From: Torpedo marmorata
Lineage: Eukaryota
Assembly: GCA_977017645.1 (NCBI GenBank)
Contig: OZ360227.1
Coordinates: forward strand, 98,394,001 to 98,458,000
Direction of reading: 5' to 3'
DNA: 64,000 bases
Positions 52,619-63,929 of the stretch are shown here, piece by piece (positions within the stretch are counted from its first letter, which is position 1; each line of letters starts with the position of its first letter). The position numbers and the translations under genes were made by a program. The notes beneath the pieces are model-generated. The model did not search any database, was not told the origin of the DNA, and worked only from the letters and a program-made list of their open reading frames with translations.

Positions 52619-52900
52619 AGCCTCCATATTTTATTATGAAGTTAGAACCAACAGCAATATTTAAAAAAGGAGAGACAGCAAGTTTTGAGTGTAAAATAAC
52701 TGGCACACCTGAAATTAAAGTCACTTGGTTCAAGAACCATCGTGAAATTAGTGTCAACGAAAAATATAAAATGTCATTTGTTGATTCAGTGGCATTTTTA
52801 GCGATTGCTGATGTAAGTTTGGATGACAGTGGAAACTATTCCTGTAAAGCCCAAAATGAAGCTGGCAGTGAATCTTGTGGCATTACGGTCACAGTTAAAG
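52619..52900 (+). CDS. ttn: Titin Ig exon R5.1 (282 nt)
   Basis: Open I-set Ig, AG/GT, phase 1. Confidence 0.93.
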
Positions 52901-53229
52901 GTGTGTAAAAATTCTCAGATAAACTTTACAACTTTGGTCCATCAGCTTTTCCAGTCATGTTGCAACTGATGTGCGATTAAGGAATAATGAGAACTTGCCA
53001 CATACTTTTTGATTCTGACTGATCCACAAAATAAGACATAAACATTTTTCTATAATGTTTCAAAATTAATTTGATTTATCAATAGGATGCTGACAAAAGC
53101 AGATCAGATTTCTTTGTTGGAGGCTATATCAAGTTTTGAGAGCATTGGATATCACAACTAAGGATTTTGAGGACAAGAGTTTCTTTGGGAGGCCAGAAGG
53201 AGATTTCCTTCTGCACCTTGTTCTATTAC

Positions 53230-53755
53230 AAGTTATACAACCATAAAACATGGAAATAGGCCCTTCAGCCTGCCATGTCCATGCGAACCATCAAGTAACT
53301 ACCTATTCCAATACCATTTAATAGCACTTGGTCTTCAGCTTTTTTGCATCAGCTATTCAAGTGCTTATATAGATACTATACAATGAGAGTATCACCTTAA
53401 CTATCCATTCAGCAATTGTGTTCCAGATTCTATCCACTATCTGCATGAAAAAGTTCTTTATATCCTCTCTAAATGTCTTATCCCTTACATTAAACCTATG
53501 CATTTTGTTTTAGATATCCCTACTATGGAAAAAGTTTCCTACTATCTACCCTATTTATACCTGTCATAACTTTGTACACCTTTATCAGGCCCCCTCTCAG
53601 CTTCTTCCATTCCAAGGAAAACAAATCCAGCCTATCCAATATTTCACCAGAATTGAAACACTCAATACTCTCTAAAAGTTTATCATTCACTGTGTATGTC
53701 GTACCTTTATTAGTCCTCCCAAAGAGCATCACCTTGAATTTACCTGGATTAAATT
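53230..53755 (-). mobile_element. Degraded CR1 LINE 3' fragment
   Basis: LDRLDLFSLE.KKLRGGLIKVYKVM.GI.RVD. Confidence 0.75.
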
Positions 53756-53943
53756 ATGGAATTTATCCATGGGCAGTTGCAATGGGCATGTTACTCAGAT
53801 CATTAAACCACTATTTTGTTCATCTATGACTGTTGATAAAGTAAATATTTTTTGCTGTATGTGTCTTTTTGTGAGAGTCAATGTGCAAACCTGAATTTAG
53901 TGGCCCATATTTCATAAATCATAATGCCATGTTTGCTCTTCAG

Positions 53944-54222
53944 AACCTCCTATGTTCACAAAAGAACTTGAACCTATAGAGGTTGTTAAAGCCAGTGATG
54001 TTACTCTTGAGTGTGAGGTGACTGGTACATCTCCCTTTGAAGTTATCTGGTACAAGGACAATAAGCAAATACGGCGAAGTAAAAAATATAAAATGATATC
54101 TGACAATTCTCTAGCCAGTCTTTGCATTCTAACATCTGATAGCTCAGATGTTGGTGAATACAAGTGCATGGTAAAGAATGACGTGGGAAGTTGTTCCTGC
54201 AGTTCTACAGTCGAATTGAAAG
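53944..54222 (+). CDS. ttn: Titin Ig exon R5.2 (279 nt)
   Basis: Open I-set Ig, AG/GT, phase 1. Confidence 0.93.
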
Positions 54223-54393
54223 GTCAGTTGCTTTTTAGTTCTAATAAATAATTTTACCAGGATGAGTATTGTTTGTTTCATTATCTTGACATTATATAAT
54301 ATTGAATGTTTTAAAGTGGAATATTTTTAATTATTAAATGTTGGTTGTACAACTCTAAGTTATAATCTGGTATATTCTCTTTACTTAAAACAG

Positions 54394-54672
54394 AGCGACC
54401 AGCCTTCGTTCAAACAATCGAAAATGCAGCAGTTTTTTCTGGAAATTCAGCTTTATTTCAATGTCTTGTAAGAGGCTCAGTTCCTATAATTACAAGCTGG
54501 AGAAAAGATGACAAACGCATCAAAGAGGATGATAATATTAAAATTTCTTTTGAAAACAATACTGCTATATTACAGATTTTTAAGGCAGAAGAAAATAACA
54601 GTGGAAATTATACTTGTCAGGCAAAAAATGATGCAGGAACAGCAAAGTGCTTTGCCACATTGGTTGTAATGG
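54394..54672 (+). CDS. ttn: Titin Ig exon R5.3 (279 nt; absent from the ORF track)
   Basis: Manual translation ERPAFVQTIENAAVFSGNSALFQC...SWRKD...GNYTCQAKNDAG..LVVM; AG/GT. Confidence 0.92.
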
Positions 54673-55042
54673 GTTAGTAGGAAATTATAATTGGATATTG
54701 TCCACAAATTATTAATTTTAGTTTCAAGGTATTTACTTCTCACTGTAAAATTATTATAATTTTTGAATTAATTTTGTGAATATTAAAATAATATGGTTGG
54801 TCATAGGAACAATTTCTATGTTGAGTCACCATTGTTGGTTTTGTTTGGGAATATTTCGAATATAGGTCCTTCTGCTTATTTTCAAAATGCCATAGGCATT
54901 TCCCATATAATGGTTGTTATTTTATCTATTTTCCCTCACCACATATTTTGTTCAAAACTGTTCAAAAACTGGACTGATTTCCCAAATGTATTACATTCAT
55001 CAAGCACACAGTCGAAACAAATATTAGAGTAGTATTATTTTT

Positions 55043-55143
55043 TAAATTTAGACATACAGCACGGTAACAGGCCTTTCGGTCCACGAGCCTGTGCTGCCCA
55101 ATTACACCCAATTAACCTACATCGCCCGGTACATTTTTGAACG
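55043..55143 (-). mobile_element. 5'-truncated V-SINE (tail only)
   Basis: aaatttagacatacagcacggtaacaggcc...acccaattaacctac. Confidence 0.8.
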
Positions 55144-55261
55144 TATCTATATTTAATCCAGTCAACCCACAGTGAAGTCTGTTTCCCACAAAATTTATTA
55201 TTTTAAAATAGAAATCCTTAAGTGCATCATTTATAATGTAAGTAATCTATTTTTCCCACAG

Positions 55262-55540
55262 AACCTGCAAATATCATAGAAAAAACTGAGCCTCTGTCAG
55301 TGACTTCAGGAAATCCAGCTATTTTGGAATGTACAGTAGCTGGAACACCTGTATTAAATATTGCATGGTTAAAAAATGGAAGGCAGCTAGAATCAAACAG
55401 AAGATATAAATTGCGATTTGTGAATAAGGTGGCCAGTCTAAAAATTTTGTCTGTTGAAAAGGACGACAGTGGAGACTATACTTTTGAAGTTCAAAATGAG
55501 TTTGGAGCCGACAAATGTAATATTTCTTTGACCGTGATAG
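55262..55540 (+). CDS. ttn: Titin Ig exon R5.4 (279 nt)
   Basis: EPA-type Ig, AG/GT, phase 1. Confidence 0.93.
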
Positions 55541-55666
55541 GTCAGTACACAAATTGTGTTGATATTTTTCTCTTCTATCTTCTGATTTAAAACCACAGCT
55601 TATTGCAAAGTTAGAAATATAATACATCACTGGTGTTTTATCATTTTTCCCCTTTATATTGAACAG

Positions 55667-55954
55667 AACAAATAATTCCTCCTATGTTTACAAGAAAACT
55701 AAAGGATGTGGGCAGTACCGTAGGGTATTCTGTGCAAATGGAGTGCAAAGTTTCTGGTTCTATTCCACTGAACATTACTTGGTATAAAGAAGAGATGGAA
55801 CTATCCACTAGTAACAAACACAAGATGTTATTTCAAGAAAATGCAGTCTCTTTGGAAGTCAATGATTTAGATTTTTCAGATTGTGGAATTTACACTTGCA
55901 AAGTGGCAAATTCAGCAGGAAAAGATGAATGCAGTACTGTCTTGAGTATAAAAG
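55667..55954 (+). CDS. ttn: Titin Ig exon R5.5 (288 nt)
   Basis: EQIIPP long-linker Ig, AG/GT, phase 1. Confidence 0.93.
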
Positions 55955-56180
55955 GTTTGAATTGTTGCTATCCTACATATATTTCTCAGTTTCAAATGCA
56001 ACTATGTTCTTTCCAAAACAGCTTCTACATGTATTTTATTGTAGTAAAATATGTAAATAAATCTCTATCGTTATTTTAAAAGCTCAGACTTTTGAAGGAT
56101 ATAATCATCAAATTTGTAATGTTAACTTTAATCCAGTCAGTTTTTTTTGAGAGTTAACTAATTTTTTTATTGACTTTTAG

Positions 56181-56459
56181 AACCTCCAAGCTTTATAGAT
56201 AAAATAATGTCCCAGGAAATTGTTCTCGGTTCTGCAGTACAATTTAGGGGTGTTGTGAAAGGAAGCACACCGCTATCTACAAAGTGGTTCAAAGGGGACA
56301 GAGAATTGATGCATGGTGTGACATATTCTATTTGGAATGAAGGCTCAACATATTTTCTAGAATTGCTCTCGGCTAAAATATCTGATGCGGGTAGTTACAC
56401 CTGCCAAGTTAGCAACGATGTTGGTGCAGATGCCTGTTCTGCAAAACTGCTTGTTAAAG
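56181..56459 (+). CDS. ttn: Titin Ig exon R5.6 (279 nt)
   Basis: Open I-set Ig, AG/GT, phase 1. Confidence 0.93.
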
Positions 56460-57023
56460 GTGCGCATTTCTGGCATTTTATCTGCTGTTCTGAGATGTAT
56501 AAATAAGGTTTTCTTACTTTGCTACCTTGAACAATTAGCTATATCATTTTGTTTTCTTGATTGGTTAATCAGATGTTGCAAAAGAAATGTATATTAGCAG
56601 CACATACTGGGCATGAGGTGTTGAGGCATTCAAATTTGAGTTGGTTATCAGACCAATGCTCTTGGAGGCCCTACAGATTCCCCATTAACTGCAAGATGAG
56701 GCACCATTTAGTGGTGGCAAATTGTGTCTTACTCCAGGAAACAATAAAAAGAATTCTCCTCATTGAAATTAATGATAATAATGGCAATTTTGAGAATTCT
56801 CACAACCTAGTATCTCATCCCACGGCTGAGTAATAAGCTGTGGTCAAGGGGAACATGAAGAATAAATGTTGCTTCCTCAAATTAAGAGGGAGTTTGTTTG
56901 AGTATGTTTGGTGAAATTGTTCTCTATATTTTATGGCTAATTATTTATGCATATGTATTTGTTTGAATTGTTTTTTATTACCTCATAAATGTATATTGAA
57001 ATATACAATATTTTGGATTCTAG

Positions 57024-57305
57024 AACCACCAAGCTTCATTAAAAAGCTGCACTCTTCAACAATCCTAAAGAAAGGAGTCTCAGCACATTTTGAGTGCAGT
57101 ATAAGGGGCACCCCTAACATTAAAGTGACCTGGTACAAAAATAGTGATGAAATTATAGCCAGTGAAAAGTTTATAATATCATTTGATGGTGCTGTGGCAA
57201 TTCTTGAGATTATTGATGTGATTCCGGACGACAGTGCATGCTACATTTGTGAAGCACAAAATGAAGCTGGTAGTGAAAGCTGCAGCACTGAAGTTGAAAT
57301 TAAAG
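57024..57305 (+). CDS. ttn: Titin Ig exon R6.1 (282 nt)
   Basis: Open I-set Ig, AG/GT, phase 1. Confidence 0.93.
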
Positions 57306-57424
57306 GTCTGTAATAATGTCTTTTATTCAATAAAACTATATATTCTTTACTTTCTTGAGCAGGAATACTAATGGTTTCTGTATTTTGATTAATTCACATA
57401 TTTTTTATTGTGATTACTTTTTAG

Positions 57425-57703
57425 AACCACCAAGTTTTAGACAGAAGCTTCAATCCACTGAGATAGTTAAATCCAGTGATATATCTCTTGAATGTGAGGT
57501 GGCTGGTACAGCACCTTTTGAAGTTATGTGGTATAAGGACAATAAACAAATTCGACGCAGTAAAAAATACAAAATTATATCTGACAATTCATTAGTTAGT
57601 GTTTGCATTCTAAACTCTGATACCTCAGATGTTGGTGAATACAAGTGTGTCGTGCAAAATGACGTGGGGTGTTGTTCCTGCAGTTCTACAGTCAGTTTGA
57701 AAG
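57425..57703 (+). CDS. ttn: Titin Ig exon R6.2 (279 nt)
   Basis: Open I-set Ig, AG/GT, phase 1. Confidence 0.93.
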
Positions 57704-57856
57704 GTCAGTTTTACATTGTTGTCGGAAAATATTGCCTTTCTGACAGTTGTGGTATGTCAGAATTATCTTATTACATATTTAGACCTATTTGTAAAATAAT
57801 TATGTACTGTTAAGAAATAACTTCACTAAATCATGCTATTATTTATTTTAAACTAG

Positions 57857-58135
57857 AACCCCCAGGATTTATAAAGAAGATTGAAAATATAACAACAGTA
57901 TCAGGCAATTCAATTACATTCCAAAGTCAAGTAAAAGGCTCAAAGCCTCTTTATTTAACTTGGATGAAAGATAAAGATGTTATTGAAGAAGATGGTAATA
58001 TTACTTTGTCTTTTGAGAATAATATTGCTATTCTTCAAATAAATGTTGTTGGAGAAAATCATGCTGGAAAATATACATGCCAGGTTAAGAATGATGCAGG
58101 AACTGAGAAGTGTTTTGCCACATTGTTGGTAGCAG
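57857..58135 (+). CDS. ttn: Titin Ig exon R6.3 (279 nt; absent from the ORF track)
   Basis: Manual translation EPPGFIKKIENITTVSGNSITFQSQVKG..TWMKD..GKYTCQVKNDAG..LLVA; AG/GT. Confidence 0.92.
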
Positions 58136-58277
58136 GTCAGTAGGATATTGATTAGCTTAATATTTCCCGGCACCCCATTGTTTTTTCTAATCATAAATCA
58201 ATTCTGATTCTTCAATATGCATTAACTAAAGTGAAATTCACATTAATTACATATAAAAGAGATTTTTCTTCTCATAG

Positions 58278-58556
58278 AACCAGCAAAAATCACAGAACAA
58301 GCACAGTCAATCAGTGTGACAGCAGGAAATGCAGCAAACCTGGAATGTACAGTAACTGGTACACCAGAACTAAAAATTAAATGTTTTAAAGATGGCAATG
58401 AAATGGTGTCTAGTCGAAAACACAGAATCAGCTTTGATAATAACGTGATCAGCCTAAAGATTCCTTCTGTTTCCAATGATGACACTGGTGAATATACTTT
58501 TGAAGTCAAGAATCAGTTTGGAGCCAGCAGCTGTGCAGCTTCATTGACAGTATTAG
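58278..58556 (+). CDS. ttn: Titin Ig exon R6.4 (279 nt; core Trp replaced by Cys)
   Basis: EPA-type Ig, LKIKCFKDG, AG/GT. Confidence 0.92.
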
Positions 58557-58889
58557 GTTAGTGTTTATTTGTAATTGGAAGTCAGCTAATCCATATATCT
58601 AATGTGTTCAAAAATATGGCTACGAAATTTAAAATCCTGTTTGCATTAAACAGAAACTTATATAAAGAAATTTATTATAATCTACCAACTGGAACTAGTG
58701 ATGATGGGATTAGGCTGATCAGCTATTGTGAGAAATTTCAAAATTAATTTTATTTTTCAATGGGTAACCAAGCATATATCAATAAATTTGAAAATTCTTA
58801 CTTTAAAGAAAGCATAACACATTTTGATTCATTTAAATATTTGCTGTATGAATTGATTAGCTGTGCTTTTGTCACTTTGCCTTGGACAG

Positions 58890-59177
58890 ATCAACTAATT
58901 CCCCCAGTATTTAAAAGAAAATTACGCAAAAAGGACAGTGTTTTAGGGACTTTCGTACAATTCGAATGCAAAGTTTCTGGTTCTCTTCCAATGACATTTT
59001 CATGGTATAAAGATGGTATATTGATAACAACCAGTGAAAAATACAAAATATTATGTCAAGATAACACAACAACTTTGGAAGTTAATCAACTGGAGATTTC
59101 AGATCATGGAACTTATATTTGCAAAGCAACCAATTCAGTGGGAAGTGATGAATGCAGTGGTTTCTTAAACATAACAG
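58890..59177 (+). CDS. ttn: Titin Ig exon R6.5 (288 nt)
   Basis: DQLIPP long-linker Ig, AG/GT, phase 1. Confidence 0.93.
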
Positions 59178-59406
59178 GTTAGAAAGATGCATTTCCTTTC
59201 AGTTTAATTTATATCTGTTTGGTACACTTACTAAATTTTACCTTTTATTCTATGAAAATGTAATATATTTACATCTTAAAATTTGATTACAATTTATCAT
59301 AATTACTTATTTTAGTTCTGACTTTTAATTTTTCTTGATATACAATATAGTATAATCAATGTACAGTTGGAATACAATGGTGTTTTATTTTTCACCTGAC
59401 TTTCAG

Positions 59407-59685
59407 AGCCTCCAAGTTTTATAGAAAAACCTGTAGCCCAAGAAAGCTTACCTGGTTCCACAGTGCAGTTTAGAAGTGTTGTGCAAGGAACTGCTCCACT
59501 AACTATAAAGTGGCTGAAGGATGGCAGGGAACTGATGTCTGGAGCTGATTATTTCATTTTAAATGAAGGCTCAACAAGTTTACTTGAGTTGTTTTCAGCC
59601 AAAGTGTCTGATTCGGGTGACTATATTTGTGAAATCAGTAACAAAGTTGGCAGTCTCACTTGTGCAGCACGACTCTTTATCAAAG
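59407..59685 (+). CDS. ttn: Titin Ig exon R6.6 (279 nt)
   Basis: Open I-set Ig, AG/GT, phase 1. Confidence 0.93.
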
Positions 59686-59914
59686 GTGTGCAATTTGTTT
59701 GTACTTGTTTAACCATTATGGAATGGTTGTGAATAATATGTGCAGTAACTTTTCTTTGATTTACTTGTAATTTTCTCTATGTTGTTATTAATGTTACTTT
59801 TGTGTCATGTGTTGTCTGTTTTTTAATGTTCCATGTGTCTCATTTTTCTTTGTGAAATGGATTTGTTTTTGAATTTTATACATTCATGAAGTTTGCAACA
59901 TTTTTTTTTTACAG

Positions 59915-60196
59915 AACCTCCATATTTTATTAAGAAATTAGATTCAACAGCAATATTTAAAAAAGGAGAGACAGCAATTTTTGATTGTAAAGTAACTGGC
60001 ACACCTGAAATTAAAGTCACTTGGTTCAAGAATTATCGTGAAATTAATGCCGATGAAAAATACAGAATGACATTTGTTGATTCTGTGGCAATCTTAGAGA
60101 TTGTTGATGTAAACTTGGATGACAGTGGGAATTATTCCTGTAAAGCCAAAAATGAAGCTGCCAGTGAATCTTGCGACATTGCGGTGACAGTTAAAG
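59915..60196 (+). CDS. ttn: Titin Ig exon R7.1 (282 nt)
   Basis: Open I-set Ig, AG/GT, phase 1. Confidence 0.93.
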
Positions 60197-60635
60197 GTGT
60201 GTAAATATTCCCAGTTTCATTTAATAAAAACACTGAATATTATACCTTTTTAAATGTGCGCTATAATTAACAACTTAACTCAAGTTGATTTATGAAACAA
60301 AATCTAATCACTTTAATGGAATGCTTCAAAATAGACTTCTAAAGAATTATGTTAATTATCAGACCACTTCAGGTTAAAAGTCCTCACTTTGAGATCAAGG
60401 CACTTTTCTTGGGGCCAGAAGTTCTCCTTGTGCCATAATGGAAAAAAAGTTTAAATGTTCTCAAATCCCTTGCTACTTTCTTAGCAATATTTATTCACCT
60501 GTAGATGTAGGGGGATCTGCGTATTTTTTTCCTGTTGTTTGCTGTGATTTCCCCCCCCCCCCCACCTAACAACCTAAGATTAGATTCATGGGCGTTAGAG
60601 TAAAAATCTGTAGCAGGATAAATCTACATGATTAT

Positions 60636-60822
60636 AAACAAGAAAATCTGCAGATGCTGGGGTCTTGTGCAATACACAAAGGTGCTGGAGAAACTCAACA
60701 AGGTCACACAGCATCCATGGGAAGTAAAAGGTAACCAACATTTCGTTAAATATTGATGTCTTTTGCTTCCAACGGATGTGTGTGACCTGCTAAATTTCTC
60801 CAGTGCTTTTGTAAATCTGCAT
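60636..60822. mobile_element. Inverted-repeat (Penelope-end/MITE-like) element, same family as 10300-10444
   Basis: aaaatctgcagatgctgg..tgctggagaaactc..ggtcacacagcatcc ... ggatgtgtgtgacctgct..tttctccag. Confidence 0.7.
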
Positions 60823-60968
60823 GCTGATTGCTCTCCCATGCTTACTCATAACATTAAAATAGACATCATGTAAGCTTTTCTTTCAATGGTTATTCTTGGG
60901 AATTGTTTTGTCATCCTGTACTTAGGGCCCTCTGATTTGTAAACCGTATTATCATATTTGCTCTTCAG

Positions 60969-61247
60969 AACCTCCTACATTTATGAAGAAACTTGAACCT
61001 GCTGAAGTAGTTAAATCTGGTGATGTTACTCTTGAATGTGAGGTGGCTGGTACAGCTCCCTTTGATGTGTTGTGGTATAAGGACAATAAACAACTTTGTC
61101 GCAGCAAAAAGTACAAAATAATCTCTGACATTTCGTTAGTCAGTCTTTGCATTCTAACATCTGATAGCTCAGATGTTGGTGAATACATGTGTATGGTAAA
61201 AAATGATGTGGGAAGTTGTTCCTGCAGTTCTACAGTCAATTTGAAAG
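60969..61247 (+). CDS. ttn: Titin Ig exon R7.2 (279 nt)
   Basis: Open I-set Ig, AG/GT, phase 1. Confidence 0.93.
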
Positions 61248-61375
61248 GTCAGTTATGTCCTTATTCTAGTTTTTTGGAAGTTGTGTTTTTATTTCATTAG
61301 CATATTCTTATTAAGCAATACTAACTTCTTTCAAGCATAGTTTAAATGTAACAAGATATATTCTCTTCAAATTAG

Positions 61376-61654
61376 AGCGACCAATCTTCATACAAACAAT
61401 AGAAAATGAAACCGTGTTTTCTGGAAATTCAGCTGTGTTTCAATGTCTTGTAAGAGGGTCAGGACCCATAACTACAAGTTGGAAAAAAGATGACAAACGT
61501 GTCAAGGAAGATGACAATATTAAAATTTCCTTTGAAAACAATATTGCCACATTACAGATCATTAATGCTGAGGAAAATCACAGTGGAAATTACATTTGTC
61601 AGGCAAAGAATGATGCAGGATCAGCAAAATGCTTTGCTACTTTGGTTGTCATGG
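61376..61654 (+). CDS. ttn: Titin Ig exon R7.3 (279 nt)
   Basis: ERP-type Ig, AG/GT, phase 1. Confidence 0.93.
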
Positions 61655-62246
61655 GTTAGTAAGAAATTAAAAGCTCAAGTACTATCTACATAAAAAATAT
61701 TTGATCTTATTTATGTTACTTCTCTGAAATTATTTTAATTTTAAAATTAAATGTGAACATAAAAGTGAGAAATGCTATCACTGGAAATGGGGAAAAGATT
61801 TCCATGCAAAGCCACCAGTGCAAGATGTAACACAGTGATACACAGAATATTGATTCCTTTTTATTTTTCTATAATGCCCAATGTATCATGGTCAAATCCT
61901 CAAAAGAGCATTACTATTGTATCATGAAAAACATTTCTCCTTGTTCCACATGTGTTTCTCAATTACATAGATAATTGATTACCCAGTAAGGTATAATTTT
62001 GTACCATTGGCATAATGCTATCAGAATCTTGACTGGGACTGCTAAAGCTAATTTCACATGTAACACCTTCAGAAGGCATGCTGAAGGAACTTTAATTCCA
62101 ATGCCTCGAATTGATTGTGACCCAAGATATGAGGGTTCACAGCCAACAGCAGTTTCTTCCCCCCAAAATTAATTACCTTAAAATAGCAGTTCTTGATTAA
62201 ATATTGCTAAATTCTCTTGATGTAAATTATCCATTTTTTTTCACAG

Positions 62247-62525
62247 AACCTGCGAATATCATAGAAAAATCGGAGCCACTCATAGTGACTTCAGGAAATC
62301 CAGCCATTTTTGAATGCACTGTAGCTGGTACACCAGTATTAAATGTTGCCTGGTTCAAATGTGAAAAACAACTGGAATCAAATAGAAGATATAAATTGAG
62401 TTTTGCAAATAAGGTAGCCAGGTTAAAAGTGTTGTCTGTTGAAATGGATGACACTGGAAACTATACTTTTAAAGTCCAGAATGAGTTTGGAGCTAACAGC
62501 TGCAATATTCCTTTAACTGTGTTAG
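62247..62525 (+). CDS. ttn: Titin Ig exon R7.4 (279 nt)
   Basis: EPA-type Ig, AG/GT, phase 1. Confidence 0.93.
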
Positions 62526-62660
62526 GTCAGTAATTACTTTTTGTTTTGAGCTTTGTTTTTGAAAAAAATTTAAAAAAACACAAGAGTTTCTCACAAAGTT
62601 TGAAATGTTTAACACGATTATTAATTTTTTTTTTTATCATTTATCCCTTTATATGAACAG

Positions 62661-62948
62661 AGCAAATGATTCCTCCACTGATAACAAGAAAATTAAAAGA
62701 AATGAGCAGTATTTTAGGATCTGTTGTGCGAATCGAATTCAAAGTTTCTGGTTCTATTCCAATGACCCTTACTTGGTATAAAGAGGACAAAGAAATATCA
62801 GCTAGTAACAAATATAAGATGTTATTTCAAGAGAACACAAGTTCATTAGAAATCCTTGAGTTAGACTTTTCAGATGGTGGAATGTACACTTGCAAAGCAG
62901 CAAATTCAGCAGGAAAGCATGATTGCAGTGCTCTCTTAACTGTAAAAG
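62661..62948 (+). CDS. ttn: Titin Ig exon R7.5 (288 nt)
   Basis: EQMIPP long-linker Ig, AG/GT, phase 1. Confidence 0.93.
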
Positions 62949-63218
62949 GTTTGAAATATTTCTTTGTTACATTTCTTTCTCACCCGTATCAGCAGCAAAT
63001 ATTCTCTACTTACAAATGAGCTTGCATTTGCCATTAGCTGCAATAATGAAGTATTTATAGAAGTGAATCAACCAATTCTATATTTTGTTAAGCATTTATT
63101 GGACTTTTGAAGACTAAGCATGTATATTTTATAAAGTTAACTCGAATTTGACCATTTTTCTAGTTTGTATATAAACCTGAGTTAATTAAATGTTTCTTTC
63201 CTGCTGTATGATTTTTAG

Positions 63219-63497
63219 AACCTCCAAGCTTTACAGATAAAATAATGTCCCAGGAAGTTGTACTTGGTTCTACGGTGCAATTTAGGTGTGATGTGAAAGG
63301 AAGCACACCACTATCTACAAAATGGTTCAAAGGGGACAGAGAATTGATGCATGGTGTGACATATTCTATTTGGAATGAGGGTTCGACATATTTTCTTGAA
63401 TTGCTCTCAGCTAAAATATCTGATGCGGGTAGTTACACCTGCCAAGTTAGCAACGATGTTGGTGCAGATGCCTGTTCTGCAAAACTGCTTGTTAAAG
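63219..63497 (+). CDS. ttn: Titin Ig exon R7.6 (279 nt)
   Basis: Open I-set Ig, AG/GT, phase 1. Confidence 0.93.
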
Positions 63498-63846
63498 GTG
63501 CGCATTTCTGGCTTTGTTCTGCAGTTTTGATTTACACAAATCGTTTTTCATGTTTTGCTGTCTTGAAACATTAGTTTTTTCTTTATAGTGTACTCAAGTG
63601 ATAGAACAATGCAGTGCTATTCTTGAGAGAGTGAGATGTGGACTTGAAGCATTCAAATTTTAACTTGCAATCAGACATTTTCTATATGACACCCTATAGT
63701 TTTGACACTAACTGCAAAGCTAAGCACCATATATCGATGGAGAACATCAATATATGATGTTTAGTTTCAGGATGAACTGGAAAAGCAGACAGTAGCCACT
63801 GTGATTTAATTGTATTATCTAATTCAAAAGTTAAGGTGATGTCAGT

Positions 63847-63929
63847 TCCACAGGTGCACCAATAGCCTGAATACGACTGGGATTGTCTGATCTCAGAAGC
63901 TAAGCAGGCACAGGACTGGTCAGTACTTG
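63847..63929 (+). pseudogene. 5S rRNA-derived fragment (3'-truncated pseudogene or 5S-SINE head)
   Basis: gtctgatctcagaagctaagcagg....ggactggtcagtacttg compared with 5S GTCTGATCTCGGAAGCTAAGCAGGGTCGGGCCTGGTTAGTACTTG. Confidence 0.85.

Noticed and set aside
25100-62454. Many minus-strand ORFs of 60-116 aa overlapping Ig exons
   Set aside because: Antisense shadows of titin exons caused by codon usage; no independent protein motifs
57024-63497. R6+R7 as an assembly false duplication of R4+R5
   Set aside because: Introns differ in length, sequence and transposon content far beyond allelic variation
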